64,000 nt of DNA from Malacoraja senta (lineage: Eukaryota), in the NCBI GenBank assembly GCA_038087875.1, contig JAXLNO010000600.1, forward strand, positions 372,001 through 436,000, written 5' to 3'. Made by a program: the position numbers and the translations under genes. Shown piece after piece: positions 36,801 through 50,131 of the stretch (position 1 is its first letter; each line of letters starts with the position of its first letter). A model generated the notes under the pieces. It made no database searches. It was not told the origin of the DNA and saw nothing but the letters and a program-made list of their open reading frames with translations.

Positions 36801-39192
36801 TTCTCCCACAAGTAGTAATACAGTGATGGCAAATTGTATTTTTATTATATTGGTTGAGGGATAAATATTGGCAAGGACGCTGGAGATAAACTATCTGGTC
36901 TAATTCAGAACAATGCAATCCACCTTTTGTCTAAAAGACAACTTCCCTGAATAGAAACATAAGAAATGGGTGCAGGAGTAGGCCATTCGGCCCTTCGAGC
37001 CCGCACCCCCATTCAATATGATCATGGCTGATCATCCACAATCAGTACCCCGTTCCTGCTTTCTCCCCATATCCCTTGATTCCGTTAGCCCTAACCGCTA
37101 TATCCAATTCTCTCTTGAATACATCCAGTGAATTGGCCTCCACTGCCTTCTGTGGCAGAAAATTCCACAGATTCACAACTCTCTGGGTGAAAACGTTTTT
37201 CCTCATTTCAGTCCTGAATGGCCGACCCCTTATTCTTAATGCGGCACGTTTTCGAAACTGTACTCGAGCATCAGCTCAAGTTTATGGACTGTAAGTTGAA
37301 CTGAGAGCCTTCCGAATCAGAGGCAGAAGTGTTATTAACTGAACCACAGCCGATACTTGGAGCTGGCAACAATAATGTAATTGGATTCTTTGAGGTTTAC
37401 ATGTCTTAAGTCTGCTAATAACTGAATAAGTTGCCCTGTTTCCCAGTATGGATTCCACAGATATACAACAGCAATGACATCATTGATATTTTAAGTATTC
37501 ATGTAAAATCTGCTTAATTTTGGTTCATGTTCATAAGTTATAGGAGCAAAATTAGGCCATTCGCCCATCATGTCTACTCCGCCATTCAATCATGGCTGAT
37601 CTATCTTTCCCTCACATCTCCATTCTCCTGCCTTCCCCCTACAACCCCTGACACCTGTACAAATCAAGAATCTATCAATCTCCACCTTAACAAAATATCC
37701 ATTGACTTAGCCTCCACAGCTTTTGTGGCAGTGAATTCCACAAATTCACCACCCTCTGACTAGAAGGTAGACAAAAATGCTGGAGAAACTCAGCGGGTGA
37801 GGCAGCATCTATGGAGCGAAGGAATAGGTGACGTTTCGGGTCGAGATCCTTCTTCAGACTGATGTGGGGGTGGGGGGGGCCGGGAAGAAGAAAGGAAGCT
37901 GAAGAAGGGTCTTGACCCAAAACATCACCTATTCCTTCGCTCCATAGATGCTGCCTCACCCGCAGAGTTTCTCCAACATTTTTGTCTACCTTCGATTTCT
38001 CCAGCATCTGCAGTTCTTTCTTAACCCTCTGACTAGAAATTCCTCTTCATCTCATTTCTAAACGTATGTCCTTTTATTTTGAGGCTGTGACCTCTGATCC
38101 TAGACTCTCCCACTAGTGGAAGCATCCTCTCCACATCCAATCTATCCAGGACTTTCACTATTCGGTAAGTTTCAATGAGGTCCCCTTCATCCTCCTATCC
38201 AGCAGGACAGCCAAACCACTTCTCATCTCAACTCTGCATCCCCATTGATAAGCAAGGGAGTACTTCCTTTTACTCCCTTGCTTATCAAGAATTGATCTAC
38301 CGCTGCTTTAAAAATATTCAGTGACTATGCTGTCACTGCGCTTTGAGAGTTGCAAAAACTCACAAACCCCTGAAGAAAAGAAATCACCACACCTTGATTC
38401 AAATAGGTGACCTCGCTTTATTAAACAGTCCCATTATTCTAGATTTTCCAATGAAGAAGTTTTTTCTCCACAACCACCCTGTCAGGATCTTGCATGTTTT
38501 AATTAAGTCCCCTCTCAATCTTCCGAACTGCAATCAACACAACTCCAGCCTGTTCCTAACCTAACCTTTCCTCGTGAAACAGCCAACCCATTCGGAGAGA
38601 CACAAGAGACTGCAGATGTTGTAATCTTGAGTTAAAAACCAGAAGGCTTGAGGAACTCAGCGGGTCAGGTATCAGTTATTCTCTTCACCAGTGCTGCCTG
38701 AGCCGCTGAGTTAGTCCAGCATTTTGTTGTTTTGCCCATTCTATTAGTCGAGCAAACCTTCTCTGAACTGCCTCCAACACATATCTTTAAAGAAGGCATA
38801 TTGGACGCTGCAATCCAGATGTGGCGTCACCAGTGTCTGATCTAATTAAATTATAACTTCCAGACTGTTGCCCGGGGCAGCCAGCATGGTTCTAGATTAT
38901 GCTACCCGCAGAACATATTAGACCGGCCAAACTCGCTCTTTCATCTCCGTCTCTACTGTTTAATATTATTCAGCTTCCCCGTGCCATAAGACTCCTTTAT
39001 CGCAGATCTATCTGGCCTGAGACGTCCATTCCACCGTCGGCACGCTAGCTTCCCTCACTGTCTCCCGTTGGTCTGAACAGGAAGGCTCAAGACAGAAGAA
39101 GCATTCCTGTGAAGTTTTTAGATTTACAATTTGCCTTTGGCTTGGGTCTGTTTGTCTGCCAAATCGACAAGGAAATGTTCTGCTCTGGATCA

Positions 39193-39505
39193 AGGGTGGC
39201 ACAGTGGTGCAACTGATAGATTCGCCGGCTGAAAGTACCACAGAAGCGTTTCGATCCTGACTTCGGGTGCTGTCTGCGTGGAGTTTGCACGTTCTCCCTG
39301 TGACTGCTTGGGTTTTCTCCGGGTGCTCCAGTTTCCTCCCACATCCCAAAGACGTGCAGCTTTGTAGGTTATTGACCACTGTATATTGCCGCTGGTATGT
39401 AGGAAGTTAATTAGCATAGAACCAGTGTGAAACAGTGATCGCTGGTCGGCATGGACGGCAGGCGAAGGACTTGTTTCCATGTTGTATCTTAAAATTAAAT
39501 GAAAC
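39193..39505 (+). mobile_element. HE1/V-SINE-like SINE, diverged
   Basis: GGCACAGTGGTGCA...TTCGATCCTGAC...TTTCCTCCCACATCCCAAAGAC. Confidence 0.78.
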
Positions 39506-39807
39506 ATTTTCCAATCATTTTCTCTGACTATATTCTGATATTCTGATGATTTTCCTAATTACTCACTGCACCTGCATTCCATACTTTTGAAAATGACCAT
39601 ATTTACCACCCTGTACAATAAAATGCAGGGGTAGGACAGTGCTTCATCTCTGCCCATTGATAAGATTGTATGTGATTCTTAACCTCAGCAATTTCAATAT
39701 TCCAATTACAATATTCCTTCAATTAATCTTGCCTTCCTGGCTTCAGCAGATTTCAACTTTGGGACTAAATTCAGATCACCAGGCACAAGTGGCTAGATAA
39801 TTGATAA

Positions 39808-40305
39808 TCAGTACCCCGTTCCTGCCTTCTCCCCATATCCCCTGACTCCGTTATCTTTAAGAGCCCTATCTAGCTTTATCTTGAAAGTATCCAGAGAACC
39901 GGCCTCCACTGCCCTCTGAGGCAGAGAATTCCACAGACTCACAACTCTCTGTGAGAAAAAGTGTTTCTTCGTCTCCGTTCTAAATGGCTTACCCCTTATT
40001 CTTAAACTGTGGCCCCTGGTTCTGGACTCCCCCAACATCGGGAACATGTTTTTGCCTTTAGCGTGTCAAAACCCTTAATAATCTTATATGTTTCAATAAG
40101 ATCCCCTCTCATCCTTCTAAACTCCAGATTGTACAAGCCCAGCCGCTCAATTCTCTCAGCATATGATAGTTCCGCCATCCTGGGAATTAACCTTGTAAAC
40201 CAACGCTGCACTCCCTCAATAGCAAGAATGTCCTTCCTCAAATTAGGGGACCAAAACTTCACACAATACTGCAGGTGTGGTCTCACTAAGGCCCTATACA
40301 ACTGA
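39808..40305 (-). mobile_element. CR1 3' fragment
   Basis: ORFs 40002..40334 and 39808..40047. Confidence 0.9.
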
Positions 40306-40781
40306 ACAGTAATTTTGTTAAAATTCTCATGCAAGCAGTATATTCAAATAAACAGCAACCCGCATTCTCCGTAGAAGCTGAGTACATGATAGGATACTGT
40401 ACTGGATTGACTGGGGTTGTATTCATTGCAATTTAGAAGGATGAGAGGGGATCTTAGAGAAACATATAAAATTCTTAAGGGATTGAGCAGACTACGCTGC
40501 ACTCCCTCAATAGCAAGAATGTCCTTCCTCAAATTAGGGAACCAGAATTAGGGGATCCTGGTCTTTTCTCGCCTCCAGCTCTTCACCTCTTTCCCACCCC
40601 CCCTCCCCCCCAACCCAAACCTCTACTTTCAGTCAAACCCCTCCTTCCTTTTTGCCCCAAAACGTCACCCTTCCTTTTTCACCAGAGATGCTCTGACTCG
40701 CTGAGTTACTCCAGCACTCTGTCTCTATCTAAAGCATATAATGTTGTACAGGTTAGATAAGCAGAGACTTGTGTGCACATA

Positions 40782-42397
40782 CAGAGGCTTGCAAAAGTTT
40801 TCATACCCCTTGAACTTTTCCACATTTTGTCACGTTACAACCACAAACGTAAATGTATTTTATTGGGATTTTATGTGATAGAACAACACAAAGTGGTGCA
40901 TAATTGTGAAGTGGAAGGAAAATGATACATGGTTTTCAAATTTTTTTACAAATAAAGAACTGAAAAGTGTTGCGTGCAAAAGTATTCAGCCCCCCTGAGT
41001 CAATACTTTGTAGAACCACCTTTTGCTGCAATTACAGCTGCAAGTCTTTTGGTGTATGTCTCTACCAGCTTTGCACATCGAGAGACTGAAATTTTTGCCC
41101 ATTCTTCTTTGCAAAATAGCTCAAGCTCAGTCAGATTGGATGGAGAGCGTCTGTGAACAGCAATTTTCAAGTCTTGCCAGAGATTCTCAATTGGATTTAG
41201 GTCTGGACTTTGACTGGGCCATTCTAACACATGAATATGCTTTGATCTAAACCATTCCATTGTAGCTCTGGCTGTATGTTTAGGGTCATTGTCCTGCTGG
41301 AAGGTGAACCTCCGCTCCAGTCTCAAGTCTTTTGCAGACTCTAACAGGTTTTCTTCCAAGATTGCCCTGTATTTGGCTCCATCCATCTTCCCATCAACTC
41401 TGACCAGCTTCCCTGTCCCTGCTGAAGAAAAGCATCCCCACAGCATGATGCTGCCACCACCATGTTTCACAGTGGGGATGGTGTGTTCAGGGTGATGTGC
41501 AGTGTTAGGTTTCCGCCACACATAGCGTTTTGCATTTCGGCCAAAAACTTCAATTTTGGTGTCATCTGACCAGAGCACCTTCCTCCACATGTTTGCTGTG
41601 TCCCCCACATGGCTTGTGGCAAACTGCAAACGGGACTTCTTATGGCTTTTTTTCAACAATGGCTTTCTTCTTGCCACTCTTCCATAAAGGCCCGATTTGT
41701 GGAGTGCACGACTAATAGTTGTCCTGTGGACAGATTCTCCCACCTGAGCTGTGGATCTCTGCAGCTCCTCCAGAGTTACCATGGGCCTCTTGGCTGCTTC
41801 TCTGATCAATGCTCTCCTTGCCCGGCCTGTCAGTTTAGGTGGACGGCCATGTCTTGGTAGGTTTGCAGTTGTGCCATACTCTTTCCATTTTCGAATGATG
41901 GATTGAACAGTGCTCCGTGAGATGTTCAAAGCTTGCGATATTTTTTTTAACCTAATCCTGCTTTAAACTTCTCCACAACTTTATCCCTGACCTGTCTGGT
42001 GTGTTCCTTGGGCTTCATGATGCTGTTTGTTCACTAATGTTCTCTAACAAACCTCTGAGGCCTTCACAGAACAGCTGTATTTATACTGAGATTAGATTAC
42101 ACACAAGTGGACTCTATTTACTAATTAGGTGACTTCTGAAGGCAATTGGTTGCACTGGATTTTATTTAGGGGTATCAGAGTAAAGGGGACTGGATACTTT
42201 TGCACGCGACACTTTTCAGTTTTTTATTTGTAAAAAAATTTGAAAACCATGTATCATTTTCCTTCCACTTCACAATTATGCGCCACTTTGTGTTGGTCTA
42301 TCACATAAAATCCCAATAAAATACATTTACGTTTGTGGTTGTAACGTGACAAAATGTGGAAAAGTTCAAGGGGTATGAAAACTTTTGCAAGCCACTG
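40782..42397 (-). mobile_element. Full-length Tc1 (DD34E) transposon, 1616 bp, ~210-bp IR/DR-type TIRs, TA TSD
   Basis: TA|CAGAGGCTTGCAAAAGTTTTCATACCCC ... GGGGTATGAAAACTTTTGCAAGCCACTG|TA; inner repeats at ~40974 and ~42190. Confidence 0.97.
41000..42018 (-). pseudogene. Tc1 transposase with a single -1 frameshift near codon 24
   Basis: ATG at 42018 reads MKPKEHTRQVRDKVVEKFKAGLG then stops in an A run; the downstream frame has GRPPK, WSDDTK, FQQDNDPKH, SPDLNPIE (34 residues between D and E). Confidence 0.92.
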
Positions 42398-43270
42398 TAT
42401 CTTTGAAAGTGGCAGAGCCGGTTGAGAAAGTGTGTCTATGCTTCGTGGATAGGGCATAGCATACAAATTTGGTGAGTGTGTAATAAACTTTTTTTGGAAA
42501 AAAAGAACTGGTTCAGCTTCAACTGGAGAAGTGTGGTTTTGGACTTCAAACCACGCTAAAAGCTTCTTCTTAACTTCTAATCTGTATTCTCCCCTCTAAC
42601 CAATTATGTGCTTCTCAACTCTGCACCCAATAATCTTCTCCACTAATCTCTTGCATGGTACCTTATCAACAATTTTAATAAAGTCCATACATACTGCCTT
42701 TCCCTGATCTCCTCCTCTATTAATTACATCTTCAAAGATTCCATGTGGCAGCATACTAATTTCTATTAAATACAAATGTCTCTTTTTTGAAATCTGTGCT
42801 AGCTATTTCTATCTATTTGATGTTTAACTGGATGCATGGAAATTTTATTTTTAATTAACTAAATTTATCTACCACAGATGTTAAACTGGATTTCCTTTAA
42901 TTACCAGGATTAGTCCTGTCTCTCTCTTTTAATAACAGTATCAAGTTGGCCACTTTCCAGTCAGCCAGCGCACAATGGAGCTGGAAATACACTTTTGAAG
43001 GCCAAAGTAAGTTAATTTGTGATAAAAAAAAGACACAAAGTGCTGGAGTAATGCAGCAAATCAGGCAATTTCTCCGGTGAACATGGATAGTGATGTGTCG
43101 TCGGGACCCTTCTTCAGACAATCTTCATAGTCTGACCCGAAATGTCGCTTACCCGCCTTATCCAGTACTTTGTGCCTTTCTTTGTAAGTAAGCATCCTCA
43201 GTTCCTTGTTTCTTCATATGTGATTAAAAAATAACATATCGCATTGAGAATGGATGTTTTCTCTTCCTTA

Positions 43271-43566
43271 TGGGCCTGTCCCACTTACGCATCTTTTTCG
43301 GCGACTGCAGGCACCCGTCATAGTCGCAGCAGGTCGCCGAAAATGTTCAACATGTTGAAAATCCAGCGACGACCAGAACAAGGTACGACATGTCGCCAGG
43401 GTGTCGCCTGTATGGTCGTGAGTAGTCTCCTCAGTCGCCCAAAGAGTCGTAGCGTCTTTCTGGTTGCCGCTGGATTTTCAACATGTTGAAAAATTTCGGC
43501 GAACTGCTACGACTATGACGGGTGCCGGCAAGTTGCTGAAAAAGTTGCGTAAGTCGGACAGGCCCA
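43271..43566. mobile_element. Harbinger-type MITE (same subfamily as 14988-15299)
   Basis: TGGGCCTGTCCCACTT ... AAGTCGGACAGGCCCA. Confidence 0.85.
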
Positions 43567-44289
43567 GTAGACTATGCAACGGTTTCCTTTAATAAAATCG
43601 GTCATGACTTTGCTGCCTTCACTATACTCTTCTTTTGTAAATATTGATGCAAATGTCAACGTTCACAGACAATACTCTGGACAAGAGGTTGGGAGTAAAA
43701 ATATCCAGGGTGCACAATGGTTAGTGCTCGAGGGACATTTGGTAGGAAAACTGGTGACAATGTGCACATTAGAGGAAGGAATAGAGACTTGTGGATGTTT
43801 ACATAGATCGTTTAAGATAGCAAGTGTTTCAAAAGTACATGGGATTCTGGTCTGTGTAAATAGAGATGTAGAATACTGAAGTGAAGTTATGGTAAATCTT
43901 GTGGGATTTGTTAGCTATCCAATTCTGACCACTGCAATTTAGAAGGATATGATTTGCTATGAAAGGGATAGATTTACCAAATGGTTACACAAGATACTGC
44001 AGATGCTGAATTCTTGAGCAAAGTAGAAAGTGCTGGAGGAAGTCTGCGTATCTGGTAGCATCTGTTCAGGGAATGGGCAGATGACATTTTGAGTCAGGTT
44101 GTTTCTTCATATTGATTACTGGGGGAAAGAAAGCTGGAAAAGAGAGACAATAGACAATAGGTGCATGAGTAGGCCCTTCGGCCCTTCGAGCCAGCACCGC
44201 CATTCAATGTGATCATGGCTGATCATCCCCAATCCGCCATTCAATGTGATCATGGCAGATCATTCCTGCCTTCTCCCCATATCCCCTGT

Positions 44290-46190
44290 TAGCTGTGAGG
44301 AGGATGCTAGGAGGCTGCAAGGTGACTTGGATAGGCTGGGTGAGTGGGCAAATGCATGGCAGATGCAGTATAATGTGGATAAATGTGAGGTTATCCACTT
44401 TGGTGGCAAAAACAGGAAAGTAGACTATTATCTGAATGGTGGCCGATTAGGAAAAGGGGAGATGCAATGAGACCTGGGTGTCATGGTACACCAGTCATTG
44501 AAAGTAGGCAGGTACACAAAAATGCTGGAGAAACTCAGCGGGTGCAGCAGCATCTATGGAGCGAAGGAAATAGGTAACGTTTCGGGCCGAAACCCTTCTT
44601 CAGACTGATAGGGGGTGGGGAGAAGAAAGGAAAAAAGGAAAAAGGTGGAGGAGGAGCCCGAGGGCTGGGGGAGGGGAGGAGACAACCAGATGGCTGATGA
44701 AGGGGAGGGGACAGCAAGGGCTAGCAGAATTGGGAGAATTCAATGTTCAAACCCCCAGGATGTAGACTGCCCAAGCGGAATATGAGGTGCATTTCCTCCA
44801 ATTTACGGTGTTGCTCGCTGTGGCCATGGAGGAGACCCAGGACAGAGAGGTCAGATACGGAATGGGAGGGGGAGTTGAAGTGCTGAGCCACCGGGAGTTC
44901 AGGTTGGTTATTGCGGACCGGCCGGAGGTGTTCGGCGAAACGATCGCCAAGCCTCCGCTTGGTCTCACCGATGTAGATCAGCTGGCATCTAGAGCAGCGA
45001 ATGCAAAGATAAGGTTGGAGGAGATGCAGGTGAACCTCTGTCACACCTGGAACGACTGCTTGGGTCCTTGAATGGAGTGGAGGGGGGAGGTGAAGGGACA
45101 AGTGTTGCATCTCTTGCGGTTGCAAGGGAAAGTACCAGGGGAGGGGGTGGTATGGGAGGGAAGGGAAGAATTGACAAGGGAGTTACGGAGGGAACGGTCT
45201 TTGCAGAAGGCAGACATGGGGGGAGATGGAAAGATGTGGCGAGTGGTGGGGTCACGTTGGAGGTAGCGAAACTGATGGAGGATCACTTGTTGTATGTGAT
45301 GGCTGGTGGGGTGAAAGGTGAGGACTAGGGGGACTCTGCCCTTGTTGTGAGTGGGGGGATGGGGAGAGAGAGCAGTGTTGCGGGGTATGGCAGAGACCCT
45401 GGTGCGAGCCTCATCTATGGTGGAGGAGGGGAACCCCCGTTCCCTGAAGAATGAGGACATTTCAGATGCCCTGGTGTGGAACGCCTCATCCTGGGAGCAG
45501 ATTGAAAGTAGGCATGCAGGTGCAGCAGGCAGTGAAGAAAGCGAATGGTATGTTAGCATTCATAGCAAAAGGATTTGAGTATAGGAGCAGGGAGGTTCTA
45601 CTGCAGTTGTACAGGGTCTTGGTGAGACCACACCTGGAGTATTGCGTACAGTTTTGGTCTCCAAATCTGAGGAAAGACATTCTTGCCATAGAGGGAGTAC
45701 AGAGAAGGTTCACCAGACTGATTCCTGAGATGTCAGGACTTTCATATGAAGAAAGACTGGATAGACCCGGCTTGTACTCGCTAGAATTTAGAAGATTGAG
45801 GGGGGATCTTATAGAAACTTACAAAATTCTTAAGGGGTTGGACAGGCTAGATGCAGGAAGATTGTTCCCGATGTTGGGGAAGTCCAGAACAAGGGGTCAG
45901 ACTTTAAGGATAAGGGGGAAATCTTTTAGGACCGAGATGAGAAAAACATTTTTCACACAGAGAGTGGTGAATCTCTGGAATTCTCTGCCCCAGAAGGTAG
46001 TTAAGGCCAGTTCATTGGCTATATTTAAGAGGGAGAGATGTGGCCCTTATGGCTAAAGGGATCAGGGGGTATGGAGAGAAGGTAGGTCAGGATACTGAGT
46101 TGGATGATCAGCCATGATCATATTGAATGGCGGTGCAGGCTCGAAGGGCCGAATGGCCTACTCCTGCACCTATTTTCTATGTTTCTATGA
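44290..46190 (+). mobile_element. CR1 3' portion interrupted by a Penelope insertion
   Basis: Frame ...LGVMVHQSLKVG at 44510 resumes as LKVGMQVQQAVKK at 45501. Confidence 0.9.
44511..45500 (-). mobile_element. 5'-truncated Penelope-like element with a 14-bp TSD
   Basis: ATTGAAAGTAGGCA at 44497-44510 and 45501-45514; PLVLTFHP, CNRKRCNTC, IRCSRCQLIYIGETKRRLGDRFAEH. Confidence 0.95.
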
Positions 46191-46745
46191 CTCCGCTATC
46201 TTTAAGAGCCCTATCTAGCACTCTCTTGAAAGTGTCCAGAGAACCGGCCTCCACCGCCCTCTGAGGCAAAGAATTCCACAGACTCACAACTCTCTGTGTG
46301 AAAAAGTGTTTCCACGTCTCCGTTCTAAATGGCTTACCTCTTATTCTTAAACTGTGGCCCCTGGTTCTGGACTCCCCCAACATCGGGAACATGTTTCCTG
46401 CCTCTAGCGTGTCCAAACCCTTAATAATCTTATATGTTTCAATAAGATCCCCTCTCTGAGGGGATCCAGAGTCCAGAGTATACAAGCCCAGCTGCTCCAT
46501 TCTCTCAGCATATGACAGTCCCGCCATCCCGGGAATTAACCTTGTAAACCTACGCTGCACTCCCTCAATAGCAAGAATGTCCTTCCTCAAATTAGGTGAC
46601 CAAAACTGCACACAATACTCCAGGTGTGGTCTCACTAGGGCCCTATACAATTGCAGAAGGACCTCTTTGCTCCTATACTCAACTCCTCTTGTTACGAAGG
46701 CCAACATGCCATTTCCTTTCTTCACTGCCTGCTGTACCTGCATGC
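46190..46745 (-). mobile_element. CR1 fragment
   Basis: ORF 46177..46821. Confidence 0.9.
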
Positions 46746-48233
46746 GGGACAAAGCCTGGTAAGTGATATGTGGATACAGGCGGGGGGGGGTTATTTGGCA
46801 GATGGGTTGAGTAAGCGACAAAGGTTAGAGGTGAAAAGAAGAGGAAAGAACTGCAAAGTGGACATGTTTCGGGCTGGAGGAGTAAAATGGAGATATATGA
46901 AACTGCAAACAAGAATACTGGAGAATCAATGGTTGTGCTGTGAAGGGTTTGTGTTACAGGGTGGAGACGGTATAATTGTTCTACTGAGTAGCGAAGGTTG
47001 CGAGGAGATGTGATGGAGGATCTCAAAATAATGAGTATTCTCAAGAGTAAATAGAAGCTCTTCTTTACAACAAATTCAAGAATGCAAGAGGACAGGTTTA
47101 AATAACTTTTTTTTTAAATATGACCTATTTAAGAAGATTGATGAAAGACCAAAGCCAATTCAATGATTCTGTGAAGTATTTAACTTTTCTCGTACCCACT
47201 GTCTCCTGGGAGTCTTAATCCATTCTGAACTTTGCTTCATCAATTGACAAGCTTCATAGATTGTCGCCGTTGCCATGTGTATGAATGAATGAATAAGTTG
47301 GTAGACAAAAGTGCTGGAGAAACTCAGCGGGTGAAGCAGCATCTCTGGAGCGAAGGAAATAGGCAACGTTTCGGGCCGAAACCCTTCTTCAATGAATAAG
47401 TTTATTGGCCAAGTATTCACATACAAGGAATTTGCCTTGGTGCTCCGCCCGCAAGTGACAACGACATACAGTGTGTCCATTTCATATCCATTTTGCTTGT
47501 TATATATCGAAGGTAGACACAAAATGCTGGAGTAACTCAGCGGGTGAGGCACCATCTCTGGAGAGAAGGAATGGGCGACGTTTCGGGTCGAGACCCTTCT
47601 TCAGACTGATGTCAGGGGAGGGGAAGACAGTAAGGCTAGTGGGAGAACTGGGAAGGGGGAGGGGATGTTCTCCCACTAGTCTTATTGTCTCCACCTACAT
47701 TCTATCTTTGTCCCGCCCACACCCCTAACACCAGTATATGTGACAAATAACGTTGACTTGAGGTTGAGGGGTGGTTTTGATGAAGGGCAAAGTGCCACAT
47801 TTTGCTGCAGAGCACAAGGACTTAACATAGTCATTACGATCAGATTGTCTGCAATAGGTTGATCATAGCAAAGTTTGTCTTCGATAAACAAAATCAAGAA
47901 AGTGGCTTGAAAGGTTCATAGAGTCTCTCCTGATTGAAAGGCAATGCCTGCACAGTGGCCACAGTGCACTGTGGAAAAAGAAAATCTTCCCCCAACCCAA
48001 AACATCGGCTGTCAACATTCTCCAGAGATGCTGCCTGACCTGCTGAGTTACCCTAGCACTTTGATTTTTGTTTGAAAACCAGCATCTACAGTTCCTTGTA
48101 TCTAAGAAAAACGTATCCATGCAGCACTTTTCATCATGTCAGGATGGTGGAAAGTCATGCTGGGGCCGACAAAGTGTTCATTGATTTTTGTCACTGTTAC
48201 AATATAATACAATCACGTCCAGTTTAAATTCCA

Positions 48234-49075
48234 CTAGACCAAGTGGGACCCGTTGGGTCTCTGTCACATGGGAGGCCTGGTTCCGCAATGCAACCTGTTC
48301 CCCCAACGCAATATTCCACCACTCACCCATAGCCCCCACGGTAGGCCTGGTCTCCCAACGCAACCCGTTTCCCAACGCAAGATTCCACCACTCACCCGTT
48401 CCCACAATGCAACCCGTTCCCCCAACGCAATATTCCACCACTCACCCATAGCCCACAACTCTGCAGGTCAGCTCATTTTTTCACCCTCCCTCATTTTAAA
48501 CATAAACAAAAATGCAATTGCACTAACATTTTTTTAATTCTTTAATGTGACGTAGGTGCCACCGACAAGGCCATCTTTTGTTATCCAAATCTAATCATTA
48601 AACTTTCAATTTAGAGAACAATTAAAAGTCAACCATGTTGCTGTGTCTTTGCTATCACATATGTGCTGGGTTAGGCTGGCAGATTCTTCCCCTGAAGGAC
48701 ATTTGATGCCAAGGACTCAGTGTCTTGGGATAGCAACATTGTAGTGGGTAGGGCTGCAATCCCATTGTGATGTCATAGCTGATAACTGCCAGTGCAGATT
48801 GGAAGAAATCTTTCTCAAAGTGGGATTTTGTAAAATAAAAAATGTGAATAACTTGTAAAATATAACATCAATCGAAACTAAACGAAACTTGATAAAAAAC
48901 ACACGACAAGACAATTGTGACTAAGGTGGTGCAAAAAATTGTAGCGATATCGTGCACAATTTTGGCGTAATTCAGGGCATCAGGGCATGAGTCACAGACA
49001 AAGAGTCACAGACAGACTCACAGGCAGACAGGCAGGCTCACTAACAAACAAGATGAGAGTTTTAGTGGTTATAGA
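48234..49075 (-). mobile_element. Non-autonomous Helitron
   Basis: Minus strand starts A|TC, has a (CTGT)-like microsatellite near the 5' end, and ends with hairpin GACCC-AAC-GGGTC then CTAG|T; no TSD. Confidence 0.8.
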
Positions 49076-50131
49076 TTTGGAATATTTTTGGAGGACCAGG
49101 AAACCAAGAAGAAGAAGATAAGAAATGCGGAGGTGATGGTGGGTGGGGGGGAGAGGCAGGCGGTGGCACTGTGTTTGTGTGTTTGAGTATGGCCATGTTC
49201 TAGTAATCAAAGGGTTAATTGGATTGATGAAGCTGTTCTAGTTGGTGGTTTCCTTGTTTACTCAGTGGGTTTGTAGATGATAATGTAAACTGCATCAACG
49301 TTTGATGTCCAGACAAGGATTAAACAGCAGCTCGTGGATGAATGTGCCGATGGATGTGTCCACAGATGTTTATGCGTTGGGATCACAGGAAGTCCTGATG
49401 TGAGTTGGTGAACTCCACATTCAATCCTTTTATTTGTTTAGCCTTTGGATAAAAGGCCGCCACATGTGTAACTGGAGCGACTTTGTCTTTTTAATGTTGG
49501 GACCATTTAATCTGCTTCCAAACCTCAGGCATTTTCTCTTTGAATTTGCCTGTCTTTTTGTGCCTAACAACATGCACTTAATTAACCAAAGACAACACCT
49601 CGCAATGAAGGTATCTTGCTGAGAATCATGTCACTCCCCACTCATCTGAATAGACTTTAAAATCTTCTAAACCTTTATATTGAGCCATGTCATATTACCA
49701 TTGAATTGAAGCACACAAGGGTTCCATTCAGCCCGTCATGCCTCGAGCATCTCTTTGATCAAGCCGTCCAAGTAATCCCATTCCCCAGCTCTTCCTTGCA
49801 TCTTTCTTTCCCCTCAACTCTTGATCCAACTCCTGTTTACTACTCACAACTCTTCCCTCTGCTCATTTAGACGGTGTATCCCTCGTAATTTTAAAGGTAC
49901 AACTATCATAACATAGAACCTATCCCTCAGAGTTGTAAAGGTATTGTTTTATCCCCATTGTGAATAGTTCAGATTAAGGTTTATGATTGTGATGATACTG
50001 GGGTTCAGTGAAAAGCTATCCCATCAAGTCAGATGGTAGACAAAAATGCTGGAGAAACTCAGCGGGTGTGGCAGCATCTATGGAGCGAAGGGATAGGTGA
50101 CCCGAAACGTCACCTATTCCTTCGCTCCATA

